64,000 bases of DNA from Octopus vulgaris (Eukaryota), in the NCBI GenBank assembly GCA_951406725.2, contig OX597814.1, positions 11,904,001 to 11,968,000 on the forward strand, given 5' to 3'. Both the position numbers and the translations under genes were made by a program. The notes under the pieces were generated by a model. It did no database searches. It had not been told where the DNA came from and worked only from the letters and a program-made list of their open reading frames with translations. Every line of letters begins with the position of its first letter. The first letter of the stretch is position 1. Below are positions 63,080 to 64,000 of this stretch, in pieces.

Positions 63080-63460
63080 ATTTATCTAAACCAAGTGTGG
63101 AAAACATAATCCATCATGTGGTATCCGTTTTCATTGATGCATTTCTGAAGGCATTCTTGGAAGTTGGTCTCCACTCTCTCCAGCATTGCTCTTTCGATTT
63201 GGGTGACTTTCACACGAATAGCTTCCTTCAAATCGTCCAGTGTATGGGGCTTATGCACATACACATGTGCCTTGAAGTTTCCCCCACAAGAAATAATCAC
63301 ACATGGACAAATCAGGGGACTGAGGGGGCCAAGGAATGTCAGCAAACCTGGAAATGAGGCAGTCACCTCAAAAATTGCTTCCATCTGATGTGTGAAGTTA
63401 GACCACTGTGCATGGTCCCAGAGTTTCAACTGTTGCCCAATGACCAATTTGTGCATGGTC
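63080..63460 (-). mobile_element. Tc1/mariner-superfamily transposase C-terminal fragment
   Basis: WPPQSPDLSMCDYFLWG (frameshifted) then KAHVYVHKPHTLDDLKEAIR...NFQECLQKCINENGYH; likely terminus TA|CAGGGTG at 61088. Confidence 0.8.
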
Positions 63461-64000
63461 CCATGGTCCCAATAATAATTAGTTGTGAATGAGAAATAAA
63501 GGTCTGTGAATGAAGAAATGTTGTGTGAACAGAGTACTAAATTTTGGTTAGTTTTCTTTTAGTCAACATAATACATTACTACCACTAATTTTACTTTCAT
63601 GTAACCCCACTCCCCAACAAAGCCTTAGTAAATTTGGAAATATAAGCTATGGAGATGTTAGTTGATAAAGTGCTTAACTTCTGTGCTGTTGATAATGTTT
63701 TTATTATCTGTAATTGAGTAAGACGGTGAGCTGGCAGAAACGTTAGCATGCCGGGCAAAATGCGTAGCCGTATTTCGTCTGCCGTTATGTTCTGAGTTCA
63801 AATTCCGCCGAGGTCGACTTCGCCTTTCATCCTTTCAGGGTCGATAAATTAAGTACCAGTCATGTACTGGGGTCAATCTAGTTGACTACCCCTCCCCCCA
63901 AATTTCGGACCTTGTGCCTAGAGTAAAGATTATCTGTAGTTGAGACGTCGCCTTACTGGCACCTGTGCCGGTGGCATGTGTAAAAAGATTCGAGCGAGGT

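Overview
This is AT-rich, repeat-dense animal genomic DNA, most likely a coleoid cephalopod (Octopus-like), judged from the SINE/LINE repertoire and microsatellite load. The window lies largely within one + strand gene, the ER-membrane E3 ubiquitin ligase MARCHF6 (MARCH6/TEB4/Doa10). I traced 18 GT-AG coding exons from 11861 to 60190, covering the RING-CH domain and most of the multi-pass membrane region. The start-codon exon was not found and the C-terminal exons lie beyond the window. All junctions join in phase except one +1 frameshift at a C9 run in the exon at 54998-55430. The introns hold a decayed Helitron RepHel coding region (1-1950, minus strand), non-autonomous Helitrons, TTAA piggyBac-like and mariner-like MITEs, RTE and CR1 LINE 3' ends, several tRNA-derived SINE families, a ~33 x 67-bp tandem array, a pyrimidine minisatellite and several long fold-back inverted repeats. 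I found no convincing new protein-coding system and no CRISPR array. The best leads are the exon frameshift with a possible hidden 82-nt intron, the intronic dsRNA hairpins and the structured 67-bp array. Comparisons with human MARCHF6 and repeat-family names are from memory, not database searches.
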